The translations under genes were made by a program, and so were the position numbers. DNA of 64,000 nt from positions 397 through 64,396 of the forward strand of contig JAFZEI010000015.1 in the NCBI GenBank assembly GCA_017560765.1. The letters are read 5' to 3'. This stretch comes from Clostridia bacterium (GTDB lineage: Bacteria > Bacillota > Clostridia > UBA1212 > UBA1255). The notes under the pieces were generated by a model. It ran no database searches. It saw only the letters and a list, made by a program, of their open reading frames with translations, and was not told the origin of the DNA. Shown here piece by piece: positions 1-9,062 of the stretch (positions within the stretch are counted from its first letter, which is position 1; every line of letters starts with the position of its first letter).

Positions 1-536
1 TATGCAAAGAAATCCTGTTGAGCATCATCTTTAGTTTTCATTACCAAAAAGTAGAACGTAATAGTATCCCCGTTTGCGAGCGTGAGCACATATCCATTGT
101 CAGGTATTGCCGGACCTGTATACGCATTTACTCTCTCTACCAGTGTTTTTTGTAATCCCCAAATATATTGGCCATCAGTGAAATTCCAAACAACGGCTTG
201 TACCGTATTTGTATCACTAAGTATGTAGCCTGATGCATCATCATATTTATAAAGTTCATCAAAACTTTGAGTAAGAAGTATCTTTATCTTTTGCGAAACA
301 TCACTACCATCAACATTACTTGTTGCTACTGACGTATCTACAGGTGTAAATACATCACCGGTGTAGGCACCCTTCTTTTTTTGATCAAGGCAAAATCCAC
401 GATAGTCATTCGAAAACAAAACGTCTGTATATCCGTTTGTCATAGATGAAGCATCATCTGCAAAAACAGGTACTACAGCTATCGAAGACAACAAAAAAAC
501 TACGGTCATTACTACACATAAAATTCTTTTTACCAT
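1..536 (-). CDS. Secreted hypothetical protein, 5' part only (ATG at 536; gene runs off the window start)
   Basis: Minus-strand translation from ATG 536 gives MVKRILCVVMTVVFLLSSIAVVPVFADDASS..., a typical signal peptide with AxA-type cleavage. AGGAGTG RBS 6 nt upstream. ORF open to position 1. Absent from the ORF track because it is truncated. Confidence 0.5.
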   Translation of the reverse strand, partial: MVKRILCVVMTVVFLLSSIAVVPVFADDASSMTNGYTDVLFSNDYRGFCLDQKKKGAYTGDVFTPVDTSVATSNVDGSDVSQKIKILLTQSFDELYKYDDASGYILSDTNTVQAVVWNFTDGQYIWGLQKTLVERVNAYTGPAIPDNGYVLTLANGDTITFYFLVMKTKDDAQQDFFA

Positions 537-780
537 CTACTTCACTCCTTTTTTTGGTATAACTGCAAGCAAATACACATTCATATTTGTGTATTTACAA
601 ATATCTGTTGATATATACAATCACAGCTATTATTGATTATATATCAACTTGTCTTCCACTGTCAATCTTTGGGAAACATAAAATATTCCCACTAAAAACA
701 AGAACAGCACCACTTCGCAAAAAGCTTCTGTAGTACTGTTCATCTATTATAAGTTGCTAAATTATAATTATCTTATTATA

Positions 781-978
781 TTAACAATTTTTGCAACGGT
801 AGCTTGAGCACAAACTCTCATCCTCTGTCTGAGAACAGTTCCCTTTTCTGGGTGCAACCTGAATTTCAGCTAAAGAACAAGAATGTTCTGTCTCCATATT
901 ATATATGCAGCTTTTAACGTTACACATTATTGACTGCTTTCCTGTTTTACAATTTTTCGAATCTTTACAATTGTCCAT
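781..978 (-). CDS. Small Cys-rich protein, DUF1540-like (two C-x-V/Y-x-x-C...C half-motifs)
   Basis: 65 aa with 10 Cys arranged as ...IMCNVKSCIYN...SCSLAEIQV... and ...NCSQTEDESLCSSYRCKNC. Resembles the DUF1540 family of small Firmicutes proteins. Family assignment from memory only. Confidence 0.4.
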   Translation of the reverse strand: MDNCKDSKNCKTGKQSIMCNVKSCIYNMETEHSCSLAEIQVAPRKGNCSQTEDESLCSSYRCKNC

Positions 979-1065
979 TTCGAAGCGCCTCCGTATAATA
1001 ATTTATATCTTTTGGATACGCATTTATTATTACCTCAATACAAAAAAATATTCATCCTAAAAAAT

Positions 1066-1105
1066 ACAAAAAAAGACCTACAACAGTCGTTAACTATTGT
1101 AGGCC
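1066..1105 (-). terminator. Rho-independent terminator of pckG (stem CCTACAA/TTGTAGG followed by U7 on minus strand)
   Basis: Inverted repeat 1077-1083 / 1097-1103 with a 13-nt loop. An A-run at 1068-1074 on plus gives the T-run after the hairpin on the minus strand, 30 nt past the pckG stop. Confidence 0.5.
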
Positions 1106-1137
1106 AATATAATTTATATTTTTATAAAGAAACAGGA

Positions 1138-2895
1138 TTACATGGCAGCAATTCTTGCAGCAAGACCTTCGTACTGAGCTTGAAGCTCTGCAGGAAGTTT
1201 CTCAAACTGAGCAAGGTGAGCTTTTTGATCCTCAACTTCTTGCATCCATGACTCTTTGTCAATAGAGAGCAATTCAGCAAGAACTTCTTTAGTAATGCTT
1301 GTGCCTTCAAGATCAATATCTTCAACTTTAGGCAAGTATCCTATAGGAGACTCAACAGCGTCAACTTGATCATTGCAACGAGCAAGAATCCAAAGAAGAA
1401 CTCTGAGGTTGTCACCGAATCCGGGCCAAATGAACTTACCGTTCTCATCTACGCGGAACCAGTTAACATTGAAGATTTTCGGGGGATTAGGTATCTTTTT
1501 ACCCATCTCAAGCCAATGTTGGAAGTATTCTCCCATATTGTATCCGCAGAAAGGACGCATAGCCATAGGATCTCTTCTTACTACGCCAACTGCGCCTGTA
1601 GCTGCAGCTGTTGTCTCAGAAGCCATTGTAGCACCAACGAATACACCATGCTCCCAATCAAATGATTGATATACAAGCGGAGCAACTTTTGCACGACGAC
1701 CACCGAATACGATAGCTGAAATCGGAACGCCTGCAGGATTCTCCCACTCAGAAGAGATGCAAGGACACTGACAAGCAGGTGCTGTAAATCTTGAGTTAGG
1801 ATGAGCACCCTTTGTTCCCATATCAGGAGTCCACTCATTACCCTTCCAGTCAATTGCCTTTGCAGGAGCGTCAACGCCCATGCTCTCCCACCATACATTC
1901 TTATCAGGAGTGATAACAACGTTTGTGAAGATTGTATTTTTCTGACATGTAAGGAGCGCGTTGGGGTTAGATTTCATACTTGTTCCCGGAGCAACACCGA
2001 AGAAACCTGCCTCGGGGTTAACTGCCCAAAGTCTGCCGTCTGCGCCTATTCTAAGCCAAGCGATGTCATCGCCCACTGTCCAAACTTTATATCCCATAGC
2101 TCTGTATTTCTCAGGAGGAATAAGCATTGCAAGGTTTGTTTTACCGCAAGCACTTGGGAATGCAGCTGAAACGTATTGAATGTCACCCTTAGGACTCTCA
2201 ACGCCGAGGATGAGCATGTGCTCAGCCATCCAACCTTCTTTTCTGCCGAGCCAGCTTGCTATACGAAGAGCGAAGCATTTTTTACCGAGAAGAACGTTAC
2301 CGCCGTAACCTGAACCGATTGACCAGATTGCATTATCCTCGGGGAAGTGACAGATATATCTCTTCTCAGGATCAATCTCGCCTTTTGAATGGAGACCTTT
2401 AATGAAATTAGGTGAATCGCCAAGCATATCCATAGCAATTTTACCCATTCTTGTCATAATTCTCATGTTCAATACAACATAGATACTGTCTGTAATCTCA
2501 ATACCAACTTTGCTGAACTCTGAGAAAGCAGGTCCCATAATGTAAGGGATAACATACATTGTTCTACCCTTCATGCTGCCCTCAAAAAGTGTACCTAATT
2601 TTGCATAAGCTGCACTCTTTTCCATCCAATTGTTAATCGGGCCTGCGTCTTCTTTGTGTTCTGTGCAGATGAATGTAAGATGCTCTACTCTGGCAACGTC
2701 ATTTTCTGCTGTTCTATGATATAAACAACCGGGGAGTTTTTCTTGATCTAATTCAATCATCTCACCTGTTGAAAGAGCTTGCTTTGTTAATCTTTCACGC
2801 TCTTCTTCTGAACCGTCAATCCATACTATAGAATCCGGCTGGGTCATTTTTGCCATCTGTTCAACCCATTCGTTAACGTAAACGTTGTTATACAT
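1138..2895 (-). CDS. pckG: Phosphoenolpyruvate carboxykinase (GTP-dependent)
   Basis: 585 aa. Full-length similarity to GTP-PEPCK (kinase-1a region FPSACGKTN). GAAGGA RBS 7 nt upstream of ATG 2895. Confidence 0.9.
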   Translation of the reverse strand: MYNNVYVNEWVEQMAKMTQPDSIVWIDGSEEERERLTKQALSTGEMIELDQEKLPGCLYHRTAENDVARVEHLTFICTEHKEDAGPINNWMEKSAAYAKLGTLFEGSMKGRTMYVIPYIMGPAFSEFSKVGIEITDSIYVVLNMRIMTRMGKIAMDMLGDSPNFIKGLHSKGEIDPEKRYICHFPEDNAIWSIGSGYGGNVLLGKKCFALRIASWLGRKEGWMAEHMLILGVESPKGDIQYVSAAFPSACGKTNLAMLIPPEKYRAMGYKVWTVGDDIAWLRIGADGRLWAVNPEAGFFGVAPGTSMKSNPNALLTCQKNTIFTNVVITPDKNVWWESMGVDAPAKAIDWKGNEWTPDMGTKGAHPNSRFTAPACQCPCISSEWENPAGVPISAIVFGGRRAKVAPLVYQSFDWEHGVFVGATMASETTAAATGAVGVVRRDPMAMRPFCGYNMGEYFQHWLEMGKKIPNPPKIFNVNWFRVDENGKFIWPGFGDNLRVLLWILARCNDQVDAVESPIGYLPKVEDIDLEGTSITKEVLAELLSIDKESWMQEVEDQKAHLAQFEKLPAELQAQYEGLAARIAAM

Positions 2896-2981
2896 GTTCC
2901 TGTCCTTCTTTCTGTTTCATTTACTCTCATAAAAGCTTTTTATAAAGCTTTCTTGCGAAATTCTATTAGCTCGCAACATAT

Positions 2982-3009
2982 ATTATACTCAAAACGAAGA
3001 TTTGTGCAA
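2982..3009 (-). promoter_or_regulatory. Candidate sigmaA promoter for pckG (-35 TTGCAC 3004-3009, 16-nt spacer, -10 TATAAT 2982-2987), overlapping ksgA stop
   Basis: Read on minus strand. The predicted leader of about 85 nt contains two copies of the self-complementary octamer AAAGCTTT (2932-2939, 2944-2951). Confidence 0.25.
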
Positions 3010-3870
3010 CAATAAATTTGAAAGCTGTCCAAATTCCTCCGGAGAAAGCACTTCTCCCCGTATTCCTGAGCTTTTTCCAATTTCTTCTATGCATTTCACT
3101 GCAGTTTCACGCGTAATTCCCAGATATTGTGCATTTGCTAAAGAGTTTGCCAGCATTTTTCGTCTTTGACAAAAAGCAGCACGCACAACTTTAAAAAAGT
3201 ACTCTTGATCGTTCAATTCAAAAGGCGGCTTCTCGCGAAGCTTCAACGTAATAACCGCCGAGTCCACATTCGGTTGCGGTATAAAACAATGCGGCGGCAC
3301 AATAAATTCTATTTCCGGTTCGGAAAAATATCCCACCGTTACGGTAAGAGCACCATAATCCTTGCCACCGGGCTTTGCAGTCATTCTTTTGGCTACTTCT
3401 TTTTGCACCATAAACGTCATAGAGCGAAGCTGCGGCATCTTATTCTCCAAAAAAGAAAAAATAATAGGTGTTGTAATGTAATACGGCAAATTTGCTACTA
3501 CCTTTACATTTTTTAATTTACCGTCAGACTCCTCTATTTTCTGTGCTACTATTTCTCTTATATTCACTTTAAGAATATCATCGTTAATAAGCTCAATATT
3601 GTTGTGCATATCGCATACAGCCTTCAAAGGCGGTATAAGATTTTTATCAATCTCAACAGCAATAACAAGCCCGGCCTCATTAGCCAGTAAATCGGTCATC
3701 ACTCCCAATCCCGGTCCAACTTCTACAACAATATCCTCTTCTGTCAAATTCGCAGAATAAACAATTTCCTGAACAACTGAAATGTCGTTCAGGAAATTTT
3801 GTCCCAGACTTTTTGAAGGCTTTATGCCGAAAAAATTCATACGATCCTTTGTATTAAACTTCTGATCCAT
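2989..3870 (-). CDS. rsmA: 16S rRNA (adenine1518/1519-N6)-dimethyltransferase RsmA/KsgA
   Basis: 293 aa. SAM-binding motif VVEVGPGLGVMT and NLPYYITTPII motif typical of KsgA. Conserved position downstream of yabE/tatD as in Bacillus. Confidence 0.9.
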   Translation of the reverse strand: MDQKFNTKDRMNFFGIKPSKSLGQNFLNDISVVQEIVYSANLTEEDIVVEVGPGLGVMTDLLANEAGLVIAVEIDKNLIPPLKAVCDMHNNIELINDDILKVNIREIVAQKIEESDGKLKNVKVVANLPYYITTPIIFSFLENKMPQLRSMTFMVQKEVAKRMTAKPGGKDYGALTVTVGYFSEPEIEFIVPPHCFIPQPNVDSAVITLKLREKPPFELNDQEYFFKVVRAAFCQRRKMLANSLANAQYLGITRETAVKCIEEIGKSSGIRGEVLSPEEFGQLSNLLLHKSSF

Positions 3871-3903
3871 TTATTAGCCTCACTAATTTACTTTTTATTC
3901 TTT

Positions 3904-5061
3904 TTAACCTCTTAGGGCAAAAACATCCACACTTTGATCCTCAAGAACATAAACCGTTACATCACGAATACCAAAACGATTACAATCATCTTCGCTCTCC
4001 ATGAACAAATCAACTCTCATATTCTTAATTGATCCGCCCACATCCCATGCAATGCAATATCCGTAATCCGGTATACCTGCAACATTACTTTTTATATAAA
4101 GCTTTGTACCAAGAGGAATAACTCTTGTATCGACTGCCACAACACCCTCTCTTGCCCTGTTTCCGGAAGCTGTTGAATAACCCCAATTTTCAGGTGTAGG
4201 TGAATAAGCAGTAGCTACCATATCAAAAACCTTTGAATAACTGTCGTTAAAACCTCTGTTTGTTGTAAAAGAAACCTTCGTTCCCACTGCAACAACCTTA
4301 TTTACAGGCTGTGTCTTGACTTCTGAAATCAATTCTCTGGAAACTTCCTTGCCGTCTTCATATTTTACGGAATACTTTCTTGTAACAGAACCATTCTGAC
4401 CTTGAACCGCAACCTCCGACTCACCTTTATATAAAGTCGAATCCTCTACATAAACCGTCTCATACGGAATATCGGCTTTCTCTTCTACTACCTTTGTAGA
4501 TACAATCACAACGGTAATCGCATCACCGTCAGAAGCAGTCCCGTCTTGATTACCACCGTGAATTACATCGGAACCGTCAACCTTTATGCCGTTTTCCGTA
4601 AGGGCGTCCGAAATATTATCTGTATAAGTTTTGATAATTTTCTCTTCTCCGGCCATTGTAACAAGAAGTGTAATCGGTCTGGAGACGGAAATAACATCAT
4701 TTACATTATCCAAATTGCAAGTAAGGTCATAATTTATCTTATCATCTGTTGCAAGAACAATACCTGCATCCTTAATAGCCTCCGAAACTGTTTCCGCACG
4801 AGTAGTTATTTCGTAAAGCTCCCCGTCTACACTGACTGTAACTGTTCTGAAATCTTTTGTAAAAAGACATACAGCCAAACAAATAGAAACAGCCATTACG
4901 CCACAGAGGATGCCCATATATTTAACCAAACCTAAAGATTTTTTTATCGCTATGATTTGCTTTCGAATACTAATACAAATCGCTCCAATCTGTTTTTTCT
5001 TTTCGCAAGCTTTTATCTTGTTGCAAAATTTCCCAACGCGCCCTACCTCCGGCAGAGTCAC
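3904..5061 (-). CDS. yabE: YabE-like membrane protein (DUF348 repeats + G5 domain + C-terminal 3D/MltA-like domain)
   Basis: 385 aa. N-terminal TM segment, then DUF348-like repeats, a G5-like segment (VKYEDGKEVSRELISE...) and a C-terminal 3D domain (DTRVIPLGTKLYI...GYCIAWDVGGSIKNMRVDLFMES). Synteny tatD-yabE-ksgA. Confidence 0.6.
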   Translation of the reverse strand: MTLPEVGRVGKFCNKIKACEKKKQIGAICISIRKQIIAIKKSLGLVKYMGILCGVMAVSICLAVCLFTKDFRTVTVSVDGELYEITTRAETVSEAIKDAGIVLATDDKINYDLTCNLDNVNDVISVSRPITLLVTMAGEEKIIKTYTDNISDALTENGIKVDGSDVIHGGNQDGTASDGDAITVVIVSTKVVEEKADIPYETVYVEDSTLYKGESEVAVQGQNGSVTRKYSVKYEDGKEVSRELISEVKTQPVNKVVAVGTKVSFTTNRGFNDSYSKVFDMVATAYSPTPENWGYSTASGNRAREGVVAVDTRVIPLGTKLYIKSNVAGIPDYGYCIAWDVGGSIKNMRVDLFMESEDDCNRFGIRDVTVYVLEDQSVDVFALRG

Positions 5062-5179
5062 GTATGCTACAATTTTAGTATAAAAACGGGAATAGTGTCA
5101 ACTTTTTATCTCTGTTTTGCAAAATTTCATGCATGATGCTCGCAACTTATACAAAAAAGCCTGTGGAAAAACCTATTTT

Positions 5180-5977
5180 TTAGTGCAATTTGCCAAAAAC
5201 TCTCAAAGCATTGTCTGTTGTTAACTCACAAATATATTCATAAGAAACATCAAGAATTTCTGCCATTCGTCTTGCCGTGTATACTGTATACGACGAATCG
5301 TTTCTTTTTCCTCTATATGGCACAGGAGTCAAATACGGGCTGTCCGTTTCAATAAGTATGCGTTCTCTTGGCATCACTTTCACAGCCTCTGCCAATTTAA
5401 CTGCATTTTTAAAAGTCAGTACTCCTCCCACTGAGAAACTCATATTAAGCTCCGCAAAATCTCTTACCATCTCTGCACTGCCGGAATAGCAATGTAATAC
5501 ATTTTCCACTTGACCGGACACATTATCTTTAAGAATATTAAGAGTATCTTGATGTGCATCCCTGTCGTGCACCACTAAAGGCAGCCTCAAGCTTTCCGAC
5601 ATACGTATATGCTCAATAAAATTAACTTTTTGCAAAGCCTTTAATCTAAGCACCTCATCAGGCTTGTCCTTAGGGAGCCAATAATAATCAAGCCCCGTTT
5701 CGCCAATACCTACCGCTTTCGGTTCGTTTTCTATAAGATTACTTATTTTGCCCAGAACCTCAGATGAATATGTTTCCGCATACTCCGGATGAATTCCCAA
5801 CACACAATAAACATTATCAAATTTCTTTGCAAGCTCTATGGATTTTACCGAGGTCTCATAATCGACGGCAGCATTTATTACATATCCTATACCCGCCTCT
5901 TTTACTCTTTCCAGGCAACTGTTTAAATCTTCTGAAAACGCATTATCATCATAATGCGCATGAACATCAATAATCAT
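5180..5977 (-). CDS. tatD: TatD-family metal-dependent DNase/hydrolase
   Basis: 265 aa, MIIDVHAHYDD...GIGETGLDYYW motifs of the TatD/YabD family. Confidence 0.85.
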   Translation of the reverse strand: MIIDVHAHYDDNAFSEDLNSCLERVKEAGIGYVINAAVDYETSVKSIELAKKFDNVYCVLGIHPEYAETYSSEVLGKISNLIENEPKAVGIGETGLDYYWLPKDKPDEVLRLKALQKVNFIEHIRMSESLRLPLVVHDRDAHQDTLNILKDNVSGQVENVLHCYSGSAEMVRDFAELNMSFSVGGVLTFKNAVKLAEAVKVMPRERILIETDSPYLTPVPYRGKRNDSSYTVYTARRMAEILDVSYEYICELTTDNALRVFGKLH

Positions 5978-6006
5978 GCGAAATCACCGTTCCCCTTTAT
6001 ATTATA

Positions 6007-6792
6007 TTATTTAATGATACATTGTATACCTTCCGTTCCCTCCGGCAGAATGCTTCGTATGCAATATGTACCATCAGTATCACGGGCGCATTCAATCTTA
6101 ACGCTTCTGTTTGATTCAGGCTTTGCTATATATTCTGCAAAAGAAATTTCATGCTTGTATTTAATATCAATTACAGAAATACTGTTCCCCTCTGCAAAAA
6201 ATTCTATCGGCAAAGCTTCCTCAGCCCACTCCACGTATTTTGCATTATTTACATGTCTGTTATAGTCAAAATCAGCATACGACGGAATTCTCGTGCGCTC
6301 TCCCACTTTTGAAACATCAAAAACTTCAGGTGAATACATAGCACCCTTTGGCATTGCAAAAGGTTCCTCTTTCGAGATAATCTCCGGGAATGCAATATTA
6401 CATTCCGAAGGTCTTAAAACAGAACGCTTAGATACATCAAACAAGGCCCACTGTGAAACAGCGCTGCCATAAACATTTCCTTTTAAATCCTCAACTGTAA
6501 AATAACGAGTAAAAATAACTTTCATGTTCTTGTTGGGCCAAGTTCTGATAACGATTTCCTCTCCGGCTCCCGGATGCCTTTGCATCTCAAAACGCATACG
6601 CGACAAAATATAACAAGCATTATACTTTTTCATTAGGTCGCCCCAGCCGCAGCCAAATTCAACACATTGAGCATTGGCAGTATCTTGCACAATTGCAAAA
6701 ACGGCAGACATTTTTATCTTGTTATTCATATCTACATCACGAGCAACTATCTGTCTTATTTCTGAATAAGTACCATCAGCATTCTGTCCCAC
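6007..6792 (-). CDS. Acyl-ACP thioesterase (FatA/FatB-like hot-dog fold)
   Basis: 261 aa. Overall similarity to bacterial acyl-ACP thioesterases (PF01643-type), including the conserved ...DFDYNRHVNNAKYVEW... region. Confidence 0.7.
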   Translation of the reverse strand: MGQNADGTYSEIRQIVARDVDMNNKIKMSAVFAIVQDTANAQCVEFGCGWGDLMKKYNACYILSRMRFEMQRHPGAGEEIVIRTWPNKNMKVIFTRYFTVEDLKGNVYGSAVSQWALFDVSKRSVLRPSECNIAFPEIISKEEPFAMPKGAMYSPEVFDVSKVGERTRIPSYADFDYNRHVNNAKYVEWAEEALPIEFFAEGNSISVIDIKYKHEISFAEYIAKPESNRSVKIECARDTDGTYCIRSILPEGTEGIQCIIK

Positions 6793-6922
6793 AAAAACAC
6801 TTCCTTCTCATAAACCAAAAAACTTCATCTCCGATAAAACAGAGACGAAGTAAAAAATACTCGATTATGATACCCTAAAAATTTTTTCATGTCAACGTGT
6901 AAGGAGCAACAGCCTGCCTTTT

Positions 6923-9040
6923 TCAGATTAATATCTTATGCACTTTTCCGTCATCTTCCAATTTTATTGTTTTGCATCCTTTTGATTTTACAGTAATGAT
7001 ATATACAGAATTTTTATATTTATATTCTATTGTATATTCCTTCCACTCATCCGGAATGTTTGCGTTCAATACTATTTCTGCTTTACCCTTAATTTCACTG
7101 TTTTTCACTGTAAATCCCAAAATATCTTCAAGAATCACCTGATACAGCCATGAGGACGAACCTGTATACCAAGTCCAACCGCCGCGACCAATATTTTCAT
7201 CGCTGTAAATATCTGCTGCAACAGCATAAGGTTCCGTTTTATAACGCGCAACTTCCAATTCTGTCCTGGTATGATTTATAGGGTTTATTACATCTACCAT
7301 ACGTCTTCCTTTTTTAGCAAAATCATCTCCCATTTTAAGAAATGCTTTTGCCAACCAAACTGCCCCATGGGTGTATTGTGCACCATTCTCACGTATTCCG
7401 GCAGGATATGACGCAATATAACCCACATCTTCAATAGAATCAGCAGAAAAAGGAGGCGTGAGCAGCTTTATTATTCCGTTGTTATAATCTGCCAAAAAGC
7501 GTTCCGCAGACAAAAGAGCAGTCTTGCACCTTTCTTTATTTCCAAAGCCGCTTAACACTGCCCATGATTGAGCTATGGAGTCTATCATACATTCTCCCGA
7601 ACGGTGGCTGCCTAAAACCCTCCCGTTATCACAAAACGCACGAATATACCAATTGCCATCCCAAGCATGTTTTTCTATGGCATCGGCAATTTTTTTTGTT
7701 TCCGTTTGCAATCTATGCCTGTCTACCTTTGCAGATTGAGACAGAAGCGACATTTTATCCAAGGCCTTTAGGCAATAACATAAGAACCAGCCGAGCCAGA
7801 CACTTTCGCCTTTACCTTGAATGCCCACGCGGTTCATTCCGTCGTTCCAATCACCGCCCATTATAAGCGGAATACCATGTTCTCCGTATCTCATTGCGTG
7901 CCTGCATGCCAACAGGCAATGGGAAAACAGACTCTCGCTTTTTTCAGATACCTCAGGTATCTCATATCTGTCAATTTCGTTAAAATCAAGAGATTTACTC
8001 TTAATATACGGTACTTTTATATCAAGAATCCCACTGTCTCCCGTAACTTCTATATAGCGAAAAGTCACGTAAACGAGCCACAGTAAATCGTCGCTGTATC
8101 TGCTGCGTATACCTGCATTTTCCGGAGGATGCCACCAATGTTGTACATCGCCTTCCTCATACTGTCTTGAGGCATGCAGTAAAATGCGCTCTTTAACTTT
8201 CTGCGGGTCTGTACATAAAAGGGCAAGGCTGTCTTGAAGTTGGTCTCTAAAACCATAAGCACCGCCGCATTGATAAAAAGCAGTTCTGCCATTTAAGCGG
8301 CAACTAACAGTTTGGTACAAAAGCCAACCGTTCATCATAACATTTATGCTCTTTTCCGGCGTAGTTATGCGAATTCGTCCTAAATATTCTGACCAATAAT
8401 CTTTTACTTTTTCAAGCGCCTCACTGCATGCTTCATATCTGGTATATTCTTGTAAAACAGTCTTATTGTCTGACAGTAGCAAAACACCTTTCCATGTATC
8501 ACCTTTAGAAACAGCCTTTCGTATATTTTCCGCCGAGGAATACATCTCGTGCCTGTATGGTGTTTCAACGGAATACTTTAGAGACAATTTCTTTTCTTTC
8601 TCCGACGTAATTTCAAAAAGCGTTATTTTAACACCTTTGTTTATTGGTACAAATGTTGTAAAACACCACTCTATTCCGTTATATTCTCCTTTAAAGGATG
8701 AATATCCATAGCCATGATGTGTTATGCAATTTGAAAAAGGAGAAATGGAATTTTCTCCTTCTTCTGTAAATTCTGTAATTTCTATACGTTCATCAGATAA
8801 ATCCTCCAGAGGATCGCAATACCAGCGAGTTATAGGATTTTCTCTGCTGTTTCCATGCCAAACGTAACCTCCGCCTTTTTCTGAAATAATAAAGCCAAAC
8901 GGTTCTCCTTCAGCAGCAGAGATGCAATTAATCCAAGGTACAGGAGGACTTTTATATATAATATATTCTCCTGACGATGTATCAAAACCACCAAATCCAT
9001 TGTTAAATTCCAAATTACCGTAATTAAAATTCCTTTTCAC
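6923..9040 (-). CDS. GH94-family glycoside phosphorylase-like protein (stand-alone C-terminal module of a cyclic beta-1,2-glucan synthase-like system)
   Basis: GH94 N-terminal beta-sandwich signature (NNGFGGF...GEYIIY...PWINCIS...SEKGGGYVWHGNSRENPITRW) followed by an (alpha/alpha)6 catalytic region with RDQLQDS. The ORF track starts at a TTG at 9130. An in-frame GTG at 9040 is preceded by GGGAG at 8-nt spacing and is taken as the likely start. It gives MKRNFNYGNLEF... with no overlap to the upstream gene. Confidence 0.55.
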   Translation of the reverse strand: MKRNFNYGNLEFNNGFGGFDTSSGEYIIYKSPPVPWINCISAAEGEPFGFIISEKGGGYVWHGNSRENPITRWYCDPLEDLSDERIEITEFTEEGENSISPFSNCITHHGYGYSSFKGEYNGIEWCFTTFVPINKGVKITLFEITSEKEKKLSLKYSVETPYRHEMYSSAENIRKAVSKGDTWKGVLLLSDNKTVLQEYTRYEACSEALEKVKDYWSEYLGRIRITTPEKSINVMMNGWLLYQTVSCRLNGRTAFYQCGGAYGFRDQLQDSLALLCTDPQKVKERILLHASRQYEEGDVQHWWHPPENAGIRSRYSDDLLWLVYVTFRYIEVTGDSGILDIKVPYIKSKSLDFNEIDRYEIPEVSEKSESLFSHCLLACRHAMRYGEHGIPLIMGGDWNDGMNRVGIQGKGESVWLGWFLCYCLKALDKMSLLSQSAKVDRHRLQTETKKIADAIEKHAWDGNWYIRAFCDNGRVLGSHRSGECMIDSIAQSWAVLSGFGNKERCKTALLSAERFLADYNNGIIKLLTPPFSADSIEDVGYIASYPAGIRENGAQYTHGAVWLAKAFLKMGDDFAKKGRRMVDVINPINHTRTELEVARYKTEPYAVAADIYSDENIGRGGWTWYTGSSSWLYQVILEDILGFTVKNSEIKGKAEIVLNANIPDEWKEYTIEYKYKNSVYIITVKSKGCKTIKLEDDGKVHKILI

Positions 9041-9062
9041 AAGCAGCACTCCCAATTTTTTA

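Noticed and set aside
1012-1251. 79-aa plus-strand ORF between the DUF1540 gene and pckG
   Set aside because: It overlaps the pckG 3' end and its terminator and has a low-complexity translation.
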